Assembly: GCA_013265495.1 (NCBI GenBank)
Contig: MU057632.1
Location: 604,054-668,053, forward strand
Origin: Vicugna vicugna
Taxonomy: Eukaryota
Length of the DNA stretch: 64,000 nt
Direction: 5' to 3'
Shown here: piece by piece, positions 12,624-25,608 of the stretch
Layout of the letters: each line of letters starts with the position of its first letter
How positions within the stretch are numbered: the stretch's first letter is position 1
Translations under genes and position numbers: made by a program
Notes under the pieces: model-generated
What the model saw: only the letters and a program-made list of their open reading frames with translations
What the model was told of the DNA's origin: nothing
Databases searched by the model: none

Positions 12624-14189
12624 TTTTTTTTTTCTTTTTCAATCTTTGCACAGGTAGTTGTTATTTTGGTTTTTTTTTTTTTACATTTTTTATTGATTCA
12701 TAATCATTTTACAGTGTTGTGTCAAATTCCAGTGTTCAGCACAATTTTTCAGTCATTCATGGACATATACACACTCATTGTCACATTTTTTTCTCTGTGA
12801 TTTATCATAACATTTTGTGTATATTTCCCTGTGCTATACAGTGTAATCTTGTTTATCTATTCTACAATTTTGAAATCCCAGTCTATCCCTTCCCACCCTC
12901 TACCCCCCCTGCCCCGGTAACCACAAGTCTGTATTCTCTGTCCATGAGTCTATTTCTGTCCTGTATTTATGCTTTGTTTTTGTTTGTTTTTGTTTTTTAG
13001 ATTCCACATATGAGTGATCTCATATGGTATTTTTCTTTCTCTTTCTGGCTTACTTCACTTAGAATGACATTCTCTAGGAGCATCCATGTTGCTGCAAATG
13101 GCATTATGTTGTCGGTTTTTATGGCTGAGTAGTATTCCATTGTATAAATATACCACCTCTTCTTTATCCAGTCACCTGTTGATGGACATTTAGGTTGTTT
13201 CCATGTTTTGGCTATTGTAAATAGTGCTGCTATGAACATTGGGGTGCAGGTGTCATCCTGAAGTAGATTTCCTTCTGGGTACAAGCCCAGGAGTGGGATT
13301 CCTGGGTCATATGGTAAGTCTATTCCTAGTCTTTTGAGGAATCTCCACACTGTTTTCCATAGTGGCTGCACCAAACTGCATTCCCACCAGCAGTGTAGGA
13401 GGGTTCCCCTTTCTCCACAGCCTCTCCAGCATTTGTCATTTGTGGATTTTTGAATGACGGCCATTCTGACTGGTGTGAGGTGATACCTCATTGTAGTTTT
13501 GATTTGCATTTCTCTGATAATTAGTGATATTGAACATTTTTTCATGTGCTTTTTGATCATTTGTATGTCTTCCTTGGAGAATTGCTTGTTTAGGTCTTCT
13601 GCCCATTTTTGGATTGGGTTGTTTATTTTTTTCTTATTGAGTCGTATGAGCTGCTTATATATTTTGGAGATCAAGCCTTTGTCGGTTTCACTTGCAAAAA
13701 TTTTCTCCCATTCCGTAGGTTTTCTTCTTGTTTTATTTCTGGTTTCCTTTGCTCTGCAGAAGCTTGTAAGTTTCATTAGGTCCCATTTGTTTATTCTTGC
13801 TTTTATTTCTTCTAGGAGAAAATTTTTGAAATGTATGTCAGATAATGTTTTGCCTATGTTTTCCTCTAGGAGGTTTATTGTATCTTGTCTTATGTTTAAG
13901 TCTTTAATCCATTTTGAGTTGATTTTTGTATATGGTGTAAGGGTGTGTTCTAGCTTCATTGTTTTACATGCTGCTGTCCAGTTTTCCCAACACCATTTGC
14001 TGAAGAGACTGTCTTTATTCCATTGTATATTCTTGCCTCCTTTGTCGAAGATGAGTTGACCAAAAGTTTGTGGGTTCATTTCTGGGCTCTCTATTCTGTT
14101 CCATTGGTCTATATGTCTGTTTTGGTACCAATACCATGCTGTCTTGATGACTGTAGCTCTATAGTATTGTCTGAAGTCTGGGAGAGTTA
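12624..14189 (-). mobile_element. Young 5'-truncated LINE-1 with open ORF2 C-terminal fragment (stop at 12997) and probable 3' transduction
   Basis: Uninterrupted ORF2 frame TLPDFRQYY...[13 protein letters not shown]...[19 protein letters not shown] (CCHC knuckle)...SLICGI*. Followed by 3'UTR and poly(A) at 12670-12682. Candidate TSD aatttttct at 12615-12623 / 14190-14198. Confidence 0.95.
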
Positions 14190-14199
14190 AATTTTTCTA

Positions 14200-15060
14200 T
14201 GCATGAAAAGGCACATGCATATACACACCATGTATAAATATGAAATGCACAAATGTATATATGGTATATTGTGTACATATATAAATGATGCATTTATAAT
14301 ATATAGAGTATATATATAACATGTAATATATACTACATATAATATGTGGTATATGTAAATTGTGTATATCATATATAAATGTGTATATATAAAGGATATA
14401 TATAGTATACACAACATATAATATGTACTATATAATATGTAGTATATATAAATTGTGTATAATGTATAAATGGTGTGTATATATAATTGTATAGTATATA
14501 TAACATATAATACATACTATATATAATAAATTGTTTATATATACATAAATTGTGTGTATAATATATTATATATATACCATCTATTATATAGTATCTAAAA
14601 CATTTAATGTATACTATATCTAATTTGTAGTATATATATGGTTTTTGCATGTAATATATAAATGTTGTGTATACATTATAGTATGAATACCATATGATAT
14701 ATATCTGTATAAATTATGCATATAATATATACATGCTGTGTATATGTAAAAGTTTAATATATATAACATATACACTATATAAATATATAGTGTATCTATA
14801 AATTGTGCTTATAATATATAAATGGTGTGTATATAAAAATATATAGTATATATAACATATAATATATATTATATATAAAATATTGAGTGTATATATATAA
14901 ATTGTACATATAATATATAAATATGCATACCTTGTATATATATTATATATAACATATAATATATACTATATATGTACTACAGATAAATTATACCTATATA
15001 GATGATATATATATATAATATAGTGTATATATATATATGGTGTATACATATAGCATATGC
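14200..15060. repeat. Degenerate (TA)n-rich tandem array
   Basis: ~850 bp almost entirely TA/TG/CA dinucleotides with recurring agtatatataacatataat and aaattgtgtata motifs. Confidence 0.9.
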
Positions 15061-15487
15061 TATTGGCAAATTACTGTCTAATAATCTGTTTTTATTATGT
15101 AAGGTATCATGAAGAGGTCAACAGAGAGTCTGGCATGACATTTGCAAGTATGATTTGCTCAGGCTGTAAGGATGGGCTGTGACGACTGAGCCATCCTGCG
15201 TGGCTGGACGTTTAATGTCATCCCCACTCAGCTCTGTGCTCACCATCCATCCTGTTTCCTCTCTGTGCTTATTCTCTAAACCTGAGCACAGTTGTTGTCT
15301 GGAGACATCCCTTCACCTGCCAGTTTGGAAAGGTGATTTTTCTTACTGCTCATGGCTGATTTTTTTTTTAATTCTATTTGATACAACATTCATATATAGA
15401 GCCCTGGGCTGAAATCATTGTCTCTCAGAAGGGCCATGACATTGCTTCATTATCTCCCAGGATCCACTGTAGCTGATAAACCCAAAG

Positions 15488-15544
15488 AACAAAACAAAAC
15501 AAAACAAAACAAAACAAAACAAAACAAACAAAACAAAACAAAAA
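15488..15544. repeat. (AAAAC)n microsatellite
   Basis: Direct reading. Confidence 0.95.
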
Positions 15545-15797
15545 GAGCTCATGCTTATGATTCTGTCTTCTCTGAACATGGCCTGACTTTTCCTTCTAGA
15601 AGGTTTTAAACCCCCATCTGTATATTTGGTGCTTCAAAATTTTAGAATTGAGGAATCTCAATGTGGTCTATTTTAATTCATGGCTCTGGTTATCCGGTGG
15701 CTTCTTTTCCTTGGAGACTTTGAATCTTTTTACTTTGGAGGTTTATCATCAATGGTTTATTTGGTAATTTCTCTTATCTATTTTTAATCTGCTCTTT

Positions 15798-16227
15798 CTT
15801 TATCTATTTACTTTTATTGAAGTATAGTTGGTTTACAATGTTGTTTATTTCTGGTGTACAGCCCATAGTGATTCAGTTAGACACATATATATTCTTTTTC
15901 ATTATAGGCTATTACCAGATATTGAATATAGTTCCCTGTGCTGTACAGAAGAAACTTCCTGTTTATCTATTTTATACATAGTAGTTAGTATCTGCAAATC
16001 CCAAACTCCCAATTTATCCCTCCACCCTCCTGTTCCCCCTTGGTAATCATAAGTTTGTTTTCTGTGTCTGTGAGTCTGTATCTGTTTTGTAAATAAGTTC
16101 ATTTGTATTATAGAGTCCACACATAAGTGATATCCTGTGATATTTGTCTTTTTCTGTCTGACTTACTTCACTTAGTATGATGACCTCCAGGTCCATCCAT
16201 GTTGCTGCGAATGGCATTATTTTACTC
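15798..16227 (-). mobile_element. L1 3' end with TSD
   Basis: tttattgaagtatagttggtttacaatg...gtccatccatgttgctgcgaatggcattat. TSD ttaatctgctcttt at 15784-15797 / 16228-16241. Confidence 0.9.
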
Positions 16228-16530
16228 TTAATCTGCTCTTTATTTCTAGAGATTTTATTATATTAATCAGGTGTTTGAACCACCTGGATTGTTTCTCTGT
16301 GTCTCTGTTTCCTCTCACATCTTCCGTCCTTTTTTTACTGTGTGTTCTGGGAGAATCTTTATCTTTCAATCCACCTATGACATTTCAGGCAGGAATATAT
16401 TTCCTAGGCAAGAGCTCATTTTAATTCTCTGGTTGTTCCCTTTGTAGCTCCCTCTTCTCGTTTTGTGTATGCAATTTCTTTAGGGGTCTCTGAGAATAAC
16501 AATTAGGAGAATTCGTTGTTTTCTTTCTTC

Positions 16531-16613
16531 TTTTTTTAATGGAGGTACTGGGGATTGAATCTATGAGCTCAGGTGTTCTAAGCCCATGCTCTACCACTGG
16601 GCTACACCCTGCC
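16531..16613 (-). mobile_element. tRNA-derived SINE
   Basis: ggaggtactggggattgaatc...gctctaccactgggctacaccct, reverse complement of the SINE head. Confidence 0.85.
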
Positions 16614-16624
16614 CACATTGCTTG

Positions 16625-16828
16625 TTTTCTTTTCCTTCCTTCCGTCCTTCCTTCCGTCCTTCCTTCCTTTCTTCCTTTCTTCCTTCCTTTCTTTCTTTCT
16701 TCCTTTCTTCCTTTCTTCCTTCCTTCCTTCCTTCCTTCCTTCCTTCCTTCCTTCCTTCCTTTTTTTTTTTCTTTCTTTCTTTCTTCTTCCTTTCTTCCTT
16801 CCTTCCTTCCTTCCTTCCTTCCTTTTTT

Positions 16829-16896
<68 letters not shown>

Positions 16897-16900
16897 TTCT
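16625..16900. repeat. (CCTT)n/(CTTT)n compound polypyrimidine microsatellite
   Basis: Direct reading; explains the three F/L/S/P-rich ORFs. Confidence 0.95.
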
Positions 16901-18274
16901 TATCTTTCAGTTGGTTTTTGTGTTAGTTTATTTTGGTCACTCTTCCATGTCGAAGGCTTTCTTCAGGCTTCTGGTGTATCTTAGTTGTTCATTTTTTACA
17001 AGTAAGGTGGTTAAAAAAGGCTGATTGGTAGGTCTGTATATGTGGACGGTGCTAACTGACAGGCAAACACTTCAGAGTAATTGGCAGGGGCGGGTGGTGG
17101 GAACCCTGCATTTAAGTTTCCTATGCTGGGGAAATTTTAAATAAGTGTTTTTCTCTAGGATTGTTCAATGTCTTTAGAGAAATTCCCTCTGTGTGCTGGG
17201 TAGAAGCCCATACTTCACTTGGAGTGTTGGGGAGACGGACGTGTCGGGTGGTCAGCTGTTCCACATACAGACGTTCCCTTATCCCTCCAGTTTTCAGCCT
17301 CCTGCCTAACTTGACCCTCAACTGAATGACGCAGTTTTTAGTCACAAGCATCACCTGGATTCTTCATTACAGACAAGCCTCTCTGTGTATTCTAGGCTGG
17401 AGATTTCCTCTGACCTAATTCCCAGTTACCACCTCTCCACCTCTTCTGTGAATTTCATAAATTTGCTAAAATCTCCCATCTGTATATGATCCACCTCCTT
17501 TCCTTTTTCCAAATGATGGGTTCATAAATTTTTAATGGAGGTGTTGAAGATAAGATATATGCATCTTTAACTAAATGCTTCCTAAGTGCAAGTTTATTTG
17601 TTTGTTGCTCTGGTTTGTAAACTGGGTGAAGGTAGGAATTACAAATGTCCTCACTGCTGTATTCCTAGAGCCTATTTTTATGTATAATAACGTCTTAAAA
17701 TATAATTGTTGAAAGAGCAAATGGGACTGGTGACATCGTAAGAGAATACGCAAATACAAAAACCAAACCACTGTTTTTAACCAAATTTTCAACGTTGATT
17801 GTTTTAAAACAATTTAAAATTTTAATATATTAAGAAGGGATGCCACATTCTTTACATAAAGTTAACATAATAATCTACCTTAGCTACTTGTTTTTGAATT
17901 ATGGAAAGGGTGATACTGGAGAAAGCAAGAGTGGAAAAGAAATTGGCTTGTCCGGGAACTGCTGCCTGGTAGAACTTACATCTGTGTGCGTGTATGTGTG
18001 TGTGTGTGTGTGTCCGTGTACATGCACACATGCATCACGAATGCACTCACATGATACGTTTTTAGTTTTCTCTGAAGTCCCTTCATTCACTAGTACTGAA
18101 CCTGTCAATTATGATTTTGCCAACTAGAGGCTTAAGTAAAGCAACGCTTATAGTTGGTGAGGAACAACTACACTGAAGACAGCCGTCTATTGTAGCTGCC
18201 CCCTGCCTCGCTCACAGTTATCTACACGCTGTGAGGACACTTAGCTGCCCAGGTAATTTAATCATGGCTTCCAG

Positions 18275-18920
18275 ATGTCAGTTTACAATGTTGTGTCAGT
18301 TTCTGCTGTACAGCATCACATTTCATCATGCATATACGTCGAGAAATTATTCCTTTTCATATTCTTTTTCATTATAGATCACTACAAGATACTGAATATA
18401 ACTCCCTGTGCTACACAGCAGAAACTTATTTTTTATCTATTATATATAGTAGTTAATATCTGCAAATCTCAAACTTCCAATTTATCTCTTCCCACTTCCT
18501 TCCCCCCCTGGTAACCATAAGTTTCTTTTCTATGTCTGTGAGTCTGTTTCTGTTTTGTAAATAAGTTCATTTGTCTTTTTTATATCCCACATATGAGTGA
18601 TATCATATGGTATTTTTCTTTGTCTTTCTGACTTACTGTACTTAGAATGATGACCTCCAGGTCCATCCATGTTGCTGCAAATGCAAAATTTTAATTCTTT
18701 TTAATGGCTGAATAGTATTCCTTTGTATAAATGTACCACAGCTTCTTTATCCAGTCCTCTGTTGCAGGACATTTAGGTTGCTTCTATGTCTTGACTGTTA
18801 TAAATAGTGCTGCTGTGAACATGGGGGTGCATGTGTCTTTTTGAATTAGAGTTTTCTCTGGGTACGTGCCCAGGAGTGGGATTGCCAGTTCATGTGGTAA
18901 CTCTATTTTTAGTGTTTTGA
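18275..18920 (-). mobile_element. L1 3' end (ORF2 end plus 3'UTR)
   Basis: gtcagtttacaatgttgtgtcagtttctg...gggtacgtgcccaggagtgggattgc, same family as 12624-14189. Confidence 0.9.
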
Positions 18921-19356
18921 GTTACCTACTATTTAAAATGCAAAGGGTTAGGATTTGTGTGTACTCAGCTGGTATAAGAACAGAACAGACTCAGTGGTGC
19001 TGGTGGAGCAGCGATTAACACATGGCACGAGGGAGGGGTGGGGCAGTGACTTGAGCTACAGGATTCCTTAGGCATCAGTCCCAGGGAACAGAGATTTAGA
19101 CACCAGATGACAATCCAGACCCCTAGGAAGCACAGCTCAGCAGTTCTGGACAGAGCAAGTTAACTGCACACAGGAGCACAGGGTTGCCAGGAGGGTTCCA
19201 ATACACCCCACTAAGCCAGAGTTGGATTTGAGTCTGACTTTTTTGAAAGTGATGGTATTGACGGCCCAAACTACAAGGAAATGGGAAGGAGCAGAACAAA
19301 GAAAATAACTCAGTGGCTGGCATAGAAGGTTGCAAAATTCATTGAATAAATGGGCC

Positions 19357-19575
19357 TTTAATTGAAGTCTAGTCCATTTACAATGTTGTGTCAATTTCTG
19401 GTGCACAGCATCATGTTTCAGTCATATAGGAAAATACATGTATTCCTTTTCATATTCATTTTCACCATAAGTTACTACAAGATACTGAATATAGTTCCCT
19501 GCGCCATACAGTAGAAACTTGTTGGTTATCTATTTTATATATAGTAGTTAGTATCTGCAAATCTCGAACTCCCAG
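19357..19575 (-). mobile_element. L1 3' UTR end
   Basis: taattgaagtctagtccatttacaatgttgtgtcaatttctggtg...ctgcaaatctcgaactccca. Confidence 0.88.
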
Positions 19576-20709
19576 TTGTTTCTGAGCCTGGAACTCTCCC
19601 TTAGAAATCGTGCTCTTGGATCACTAAAGAGATGGACTGAGGACAAATTCAAGCAGAGCTTGGAAATTGCTAGGATTAATGGTGGGTTTCAGCCAGCAGT
19701 GGGGAAGGTGATAATCTGACACTTCCAGCTTGGGTTGACGGAGTAAACTTTGGCAAAGATGTCTTCCATCCATGAATGTTCCTCCCCACTCCGGGGCCTG
19801 GCCTAGGATGCAAGTGGGAAGTCTCGGGCGTGAGACGTAAGGGGGCGCTCACTCCCAAGGTCGCACAAGGGCACCCTGTCTAGCCAGGCTCTAAGAGTGA
19901 AGCCGTCTTAGCTTCTCTGGCTTCAGCCTGTCACTTGCCTCAGAGGAGCCCTGACCCCATCACATTAAAGCATGTTTTAAGGTGCCTGCCCATTCCAGGC
20001 ATTATTCTCTCCCCAGAAAAACCTACAGCTCAAAATAAGTAGGGATGGGATCATTTAGAGAAATGGGAGACACAAGCCTGAAGGGGAGATTGTCGCTCTC
20101 CGTCTAAAGATACTTGTCCTTAGACGTCTTCTTTGGTGACTTTCGTCTTCCTTTTAGCTCCCGGAATCCTGTAACAGAACAGCATGAGCCATTTTTGGTG
20201 GCTTATGAGAGGATCGGGGACGTGCTTCAGCATGTTGCATTTGACATGAAGTTGGCAGGGATAGCGAGGGTGCTACGTGCCAGAACCAGGATTCTAAAAG
20301 CCTGAAATGGTGGGCAAAATATAAGAAGACGAAACTGCACAGGGAGAAATGTCTGCACTTTGGTAAGAATCCCACATAAACAAGTGCAAAGTGGCAGAGG
20401 TTCACTTGGAAGGCAACTCTTCCAAAATTAAAACTTAAAAAAAGACTTCGGTCTGAACAATTTCAAGGAGTCAATTGTGCAGTAGCTGCAACGTAAAACT
20501 ACGTGTAATTTTAAGCCCTGCTGAGAGAAGCCCATTATATAAAATGCAGGAGGGGACAGCTCTGCTCTGTTCAGATAGTCACTCCCCCATCGAGGGGAGC
20601 GGACGGCTCTTTTCTTTAGAACAACGGTCCCCGTGGATGGCATACGTAGACTTAGGAGAGAAGATGTGATACAAGGGGAAGATAAATTTTCTGGATATCA
20701 AAGTAATGT

Positions 20710-20862
20710 GGGGGGAAGGTATAGCTCAGTGGTACAGTGTGTGCTTAGCTTTCACAAGATCCTGGGTTCAATCCCCAGTATCTCTATTAAATAAATAAAT
20801 AAACTTAATTATCCCCCACCTCCCAAAAAAACCTGAAACTAAAATTAACTAATTTAAAAATT
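20710..20862 (+). mobile_element. tRNA-derived SINE
   Basis: gggggaaggtatagctcagtggtacag...cctgggttcaatccccagta with AT-rich tail. Confidence 0.9.
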
Positions 20863-21632
20863 AAGTAATAGGAATTTTCTTGGAGAAAGATCTCTGTAGA
20901 TGGACATAAGGTCTAGCAATACAGTGGCAGGCTGCAGGAAAGGGAAAAAAAGACCAGGAATAGTGAGAACTTTCTCACTAGAGAAAAATCAGTGAGCTTC
21001 TGGAACTGCTGTGAAATAGTCAATTGATCTGTGTTCTGAATTTCTCCTTAAATCACCAAGTCTTTACTCCAGGTCAGTTACATACAACAGATCTGTGTTT
21101 GGTGGAATAGAGGAGGGGGGTTCTCTGGTGGCGGGGGAGTGGGGAGTGGTGGGCCTCAGCCACTTGAAGTAAGACAGCAATAAGTCATCAGAAACAGCTG
21201 GAGGCAGGGATGTGGGGCAAGAGGTGACAAACGGCTTCTGAAACCCATCTCTCCCATCCTCTGATGAATTTTTAGCGGTATCAGCAGGCTTGCCAGATTT
21301 TACTTGGAATGGGGTTTTGAATTACTTTATATTCTTTTATATACATATATTGATTTATTTTATATACTTGCGATAGAAGTAAAAGATGATTCTGGAAGGT
21401 TGGACAACTTGGGGAAATTGGACTGCATTTGCACACTTGTGGTGTCTCCTGGAGGACCAGGAGTTTTTGTCACTGAACTGTGCTTTTCTCACTTGCATGG
21501 GTCACGCAGCACCTTGGATCTAGAAATAACTTACATCTGCTGAATGAATTAGTGAGATTACTGCCTTTGATATTCCAAGGATGATGTCACATCAGAAGAT
21601 TATTAAGATAGAGTCTGTCCTCAAGAAGCCTG

Positions 21633-21910
21633 TATAAATAATAAATAAATAAAAACCATATTACCTCTCCCACAAAAAAATTTTTAAAAATGAATAAATA
21701 AAAATTTCAAAATGTAAAACTCAAGAAAAGAGTGGGAAAGGGTAGAGCTCAGGGTAGAGTGCATGCCTAGCTAAGCACGAGGTCCTGGGTTCAATCCCCA
21801 GTACCTCCATCTAAATAAATAAATACCTGATTACTTTCCCTCCAAATAAATAAATAAATACATAAATAAATAAATATTTTAAAATGTGAAAAATTTAATA
21901 CTCAAAAAAA
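21633..21910 (+). mobile_element. Headless SINE tail followed by a complete SINE (nested or tandem)
   Basis: Tail aaataaaaaccatattacctctccc at ~21650; head gggaaagggtagagctcagggtagag...gggttcaatcccc at 21734. Confidence 0.8.
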
Positions 21911-21937
21911 GAAAAGCCTCTAGTCTTATAGGAGAAT

Positions 21938-23550
21938 CATTCATTCAACTAGTTATTTACTGAGGCATTTTTCTTGGCATCAGGAAGATGTAAGGGATAA
22001 AAAGCAGACAAGGTCTCTACTCTCACGCAGTTTACCTTCTGGCTGAGAGCACATGGAGAAGAAATAAACACATTAATCATCAAGACAAATATTCAGGAGT
22101 GATGGGTGCAATGCAGAGAACTGAAATGATGCAGCACGTGGGGGATGACAGAGGGGCTACAGGAGACTGGCTGATCTGCAGAGCCTTCCTGCGGACATGA
22201 TGTTTAAGGTAGGTCTGAATGACAGGATGGAGCCAGCAGCCACGTAAAGATCGGGGCTGCAAGCAAGCCTCCAGTGAGCACGGCGTGTCAAGAGGACCAG
22301 AGAGAAGGGTGGTACTGGTGAGGTGGGGGATTCAGAGGGGAGTCAGATAACATAAAAGTTATGTGAACCAGGATGAAAAATTAGAATTTAATCTGAGAGA
22401 TATGCAAAGCTACGGAAGAGTTTTAAGTCTGACTGTGGTTATAAGAGTAGAGTTAGAAAGTAGTGATGGAGCATGGTGAGTGCTGTGATAGACATCGGGA
22501 CAATCACAGGATTCTGCGGGAAGGACTGGTGGAAGGCACATGGTACCGCTTGGTCATGCCCATCAGTAACCATGCAGTATTTTTCAGTCCGGAAACTGAA
22601 TGAAGGATGGCTTTGTCATAGATCTGCAAAGACCACAATGTTGATGAGAGAGAGGACAGAAGATGAAGAGGTGAGTGGTGACTGGGTTGGGAAGGATTCT
22701 CCACATCTTGCTATGAAGCTACATTTCTGCTAAAAGGAGATAGGAAGACAACCCAGAATTTTGATCAGAGGATTTTCATGGAATCAGATGGGACTTTTAC
22801 ATGCATAGCCTGGCATCACCACGAAGGCAGATTGGAGAGAAGCACAACAAACTTCTGTCCAGGACACCAGCTATGAGGCTGTGCTCCAGAGAAGAGGTAA
22901 CGGGGGTCTGAACTAAGACAGTGGGAGGGGAGAGACAGAGATGTATGGCTCTAGTAAATAATAAAAAAGTTACAAAAGATCTTGTTAACTGTTTGGCCAC
23001 TAGGTAGATGGTGATGTGATTCACTAACAGAGAAATCAAAAGAGTACCCAGCCTGGAGTAGGGGATTTAAGGGAGACCAGGAGATGACATCAATAATGTA
23101 AGGACTTTGAGATGCTCACAGGGTAGGATGTGGATGTGTCTGGTGGGCAGAGGCTGTTCAGGTCCATGCCCAGGAGTGGTCTTTGGCTGCAATAGAGACT
23201 TGAAGCCATCGGCAAGCAGGTGGTGATGAAGACTCAGGAAGGGTGTGCTTTAAGGGACCAGATGCCACAGGAGAACAGAACTCAGAAGAGCATCAGTATT
23301 TTAGGGATGATTAGAAGCAAGAATCTGTGAATGTCACTTAGGAGGAATCCCTGGAGAGGCAGGGATGTGAGGAAACCTTGTCACAGAGTTAAAGAACCTG
23401 AGAGTTTCCAGGAAACAGAGGTCAAACTATCAAATGTTTCAGAGACATCAAGCAAGGACTGGTATGTGTCCTCAGAGTTTAATAATCAAAAAAGAGGTAG
23501 GTGATAACAATTGTTAAAGCAATTTCACTCCAATGGCAGTGGGAAAGTTT
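21938..23550 (-). mobile_element. L2 LINE, degraded
   Basis: L2 3' end tcattcattcaactagttatttactgag followed by purine-rich L2 body (tttgagatgc, ggatgtgtctggtgggcag, atcaaatgtttcagagacatcaagcaag). Confidence 0.7.
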
Positions 23551-23849
23551 CTAAGAAGAGGGGTTTCCAGGGAGGAACTATGAGACCATACTTCCTGTGA
23601 CTAGACGTACTCAAGTACCACTACTGCATAGGGTTTTGCATAATGAAAACCCAAACCAAAAAATTGATTTCAGATTTTAAAAACCATAAGCTGTCGTTTA
23701 TAAGATGATGGCTTAGTAATTACTGCCTGTTCACTCCAAAGTGAACAGACCTCATAGTTAACGGAGTCTAGCAAAGGGCTCTATTCTCAAAGAAACCAGT
23801 AATATTTCAGACTGCCGATGCAATAAATTATTCCATTAGATATACATTT

Positions 23850-25050
23850 TTATTTTTATTGTTTTTACTTGGAAACAATTTCAAACACGGGGGAAAGTTG
23901 GAAGAACAGAACAGAGAACTTTTCCCCCTTGCATCTGAGGTAAGTTGGTGTGATACTCCAACACCCGCAAGTACTCCACTGGAATATCTTATAAACGAAG
24001 ACATTATGTGACTCCAAACCAAAGCATCCACGTCAGGAAACTGACATAAATATACTTCTCCTATACAATCTCAGACTCCATTTACATTTCATCAAATGAT
24101 GCCTTTACAGGAGAAAGAGCTGTTCAGAACCCCCACGTTGCATCTAGTTGCTACAGCTCTTGAGTTCTTCGATTTGGAACAGACCCTCAGTCTTTCCTTG
24201 ACATCATGACCTTGATACCTTTGAAGACAAAGGTCAGCTATTTTGTCTCCTGTTCCTCAATTTAAGTTTGTTTTGTGTTTCCTCATAACTAGATTCAGAA
24301 TATGCCGTTTATGTCTTGCAGGGGTACCGCAGAAGGGACAGTGTTTGTCTCCTTGCTTCCTACTCAGCCGCACATGCTCTGACTTGTCCGATTACCGTGT
24401 CAATCATTTGTTTCAAGTGGTATCTGCCAGGAGTCTCCACAGGAGAGTTAACCATTTTCCCTTTTGTAATTAATACATTTAGTATGTATGTGCTTGGAGA
24501 TTATGCATATATAAGAGACGGTCTCATCAAGCTGTCAACAATTCATTCTTTTTCTTATTTTTGATTGACGTGTGGTCGATTTACAATTTAGTTTCAGGTG
24601 TACAGCAAAGCGTTTTGGTTATTTACATGCATATGTATATGTATTTTTTTTCAGATTCTTTTCCAGTACAGCTTATTGCAAGAAATTGGATATAGTTCCC
24701 TGTGCTCTACAGTAGGTCTTTGTTTCAACAATGAATGATTGATTTACACAAGTATGGGCTCATGGATTCTTACTCTAGTTGATGTTATAACCAGTTGCTG
24801 TTATTACTTCTTTTGATGCTCAAACTGCCCTGGTTTTGGCCAGCGGGAGCCTTTGCAGGCTGGCTCCTGTGTCCTTCAATGTGTCTTCCTCAGTCTTTCT
24901 GTGCTCGTTCATGGCTCGGCAAGATGCTCCAGGACTACCTTGTGCTTTCCCCGCCCAGGCTTGATTCAGCCATTTCTCCAAGGAGACCTTTTAAGGGAGA
25001 ATAGGGTTTAGTAACCAAGATCTGGGTGCTCTGTGTTTGAAGCACAGCCA
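23850..25050 (-). mobile_element. Old L1MC-like 3' UTR, interrupted by a young L1 3' end at ~24550-24725
   Basis: acaatttcaaacacgggggaaagttg...catgaccttgatacctttgaag...gattcagccatttctccaaggagacc; inner tagtttcaggtgtacagcaaag...acagtaggtc. Confidence 0.7.
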
Positions 25051-25067
25051 CACATGTACATACACAC

Positions 25068-25534
25068 TGTGACAGTTAATTTTGAGCATCAATGTGATGG
25101 GACCATGGAGTGCCCAGACATCGGGTCCAACATTATTTTGGGTTTGTCTGTGAGGGTGCTGGGCGTTTCTGGCTGAGATTAGCATCGGAAACAGAAGACT
25201 GAGTAGAGCAGATGGCCCTCCCCGATGGAGGGGACCACAATCCGATCAGCTTAAGTCCTGAATAGCGCATCACTGACCTTCCCACAAATAAGGAGAAACC
25301 CTTCCTGCCTTACTGCCTTTGAACTGGAACATCAATTTTTCTTACCTTTGGACTCCAACTTAGACATTGGCTCTTCCCAAGTTCCGAGCCTGCTGGTCTT
25401 CAGACTGGAACCTCACCATCAGCCGTCCTGGTCTCCAGCTCACAGCCTCCATGATCCTGGGAGGCCAATTTCTTACAATCAAGAAGTTCTGATAATACAT
25501 ACACATACACACACAGACACAGACATAGACACAG

Positions 25535-25569
<35 letters not shown>

Positions 25570-25608
25570 ATATCTTATTGGTTCTATTTCTCTGGAGAAC
25601 CCTAACAT
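25068..25608 (+). mobile_element. MLT2-type (ERVL) solo LTR with internal (CA)n
   Basis: Starts tgtgacagttaattttga...gtgcccagacat; ends tattggttctatttctctggagaaccctaac. Confidence 0.85.

Noticed and set aside
12997..14079. 360-aa ORF as a host gene
   Set aside because: It is the L1 ORF2 C-terminus of a 5'-truncated copy lacking promoter, EN and RT core. The ORF at 13499-14059 is its antisense shadow.
14187..14650. Tyr/Ile-rich ORFs
   Set aside because: Products of the TA-rich array.
16539..17024. Hydrophobic, membrane-protein-like ORFs
   Set aside because: Translations of the (CCTT)n/(CTTT)n microsatellite.
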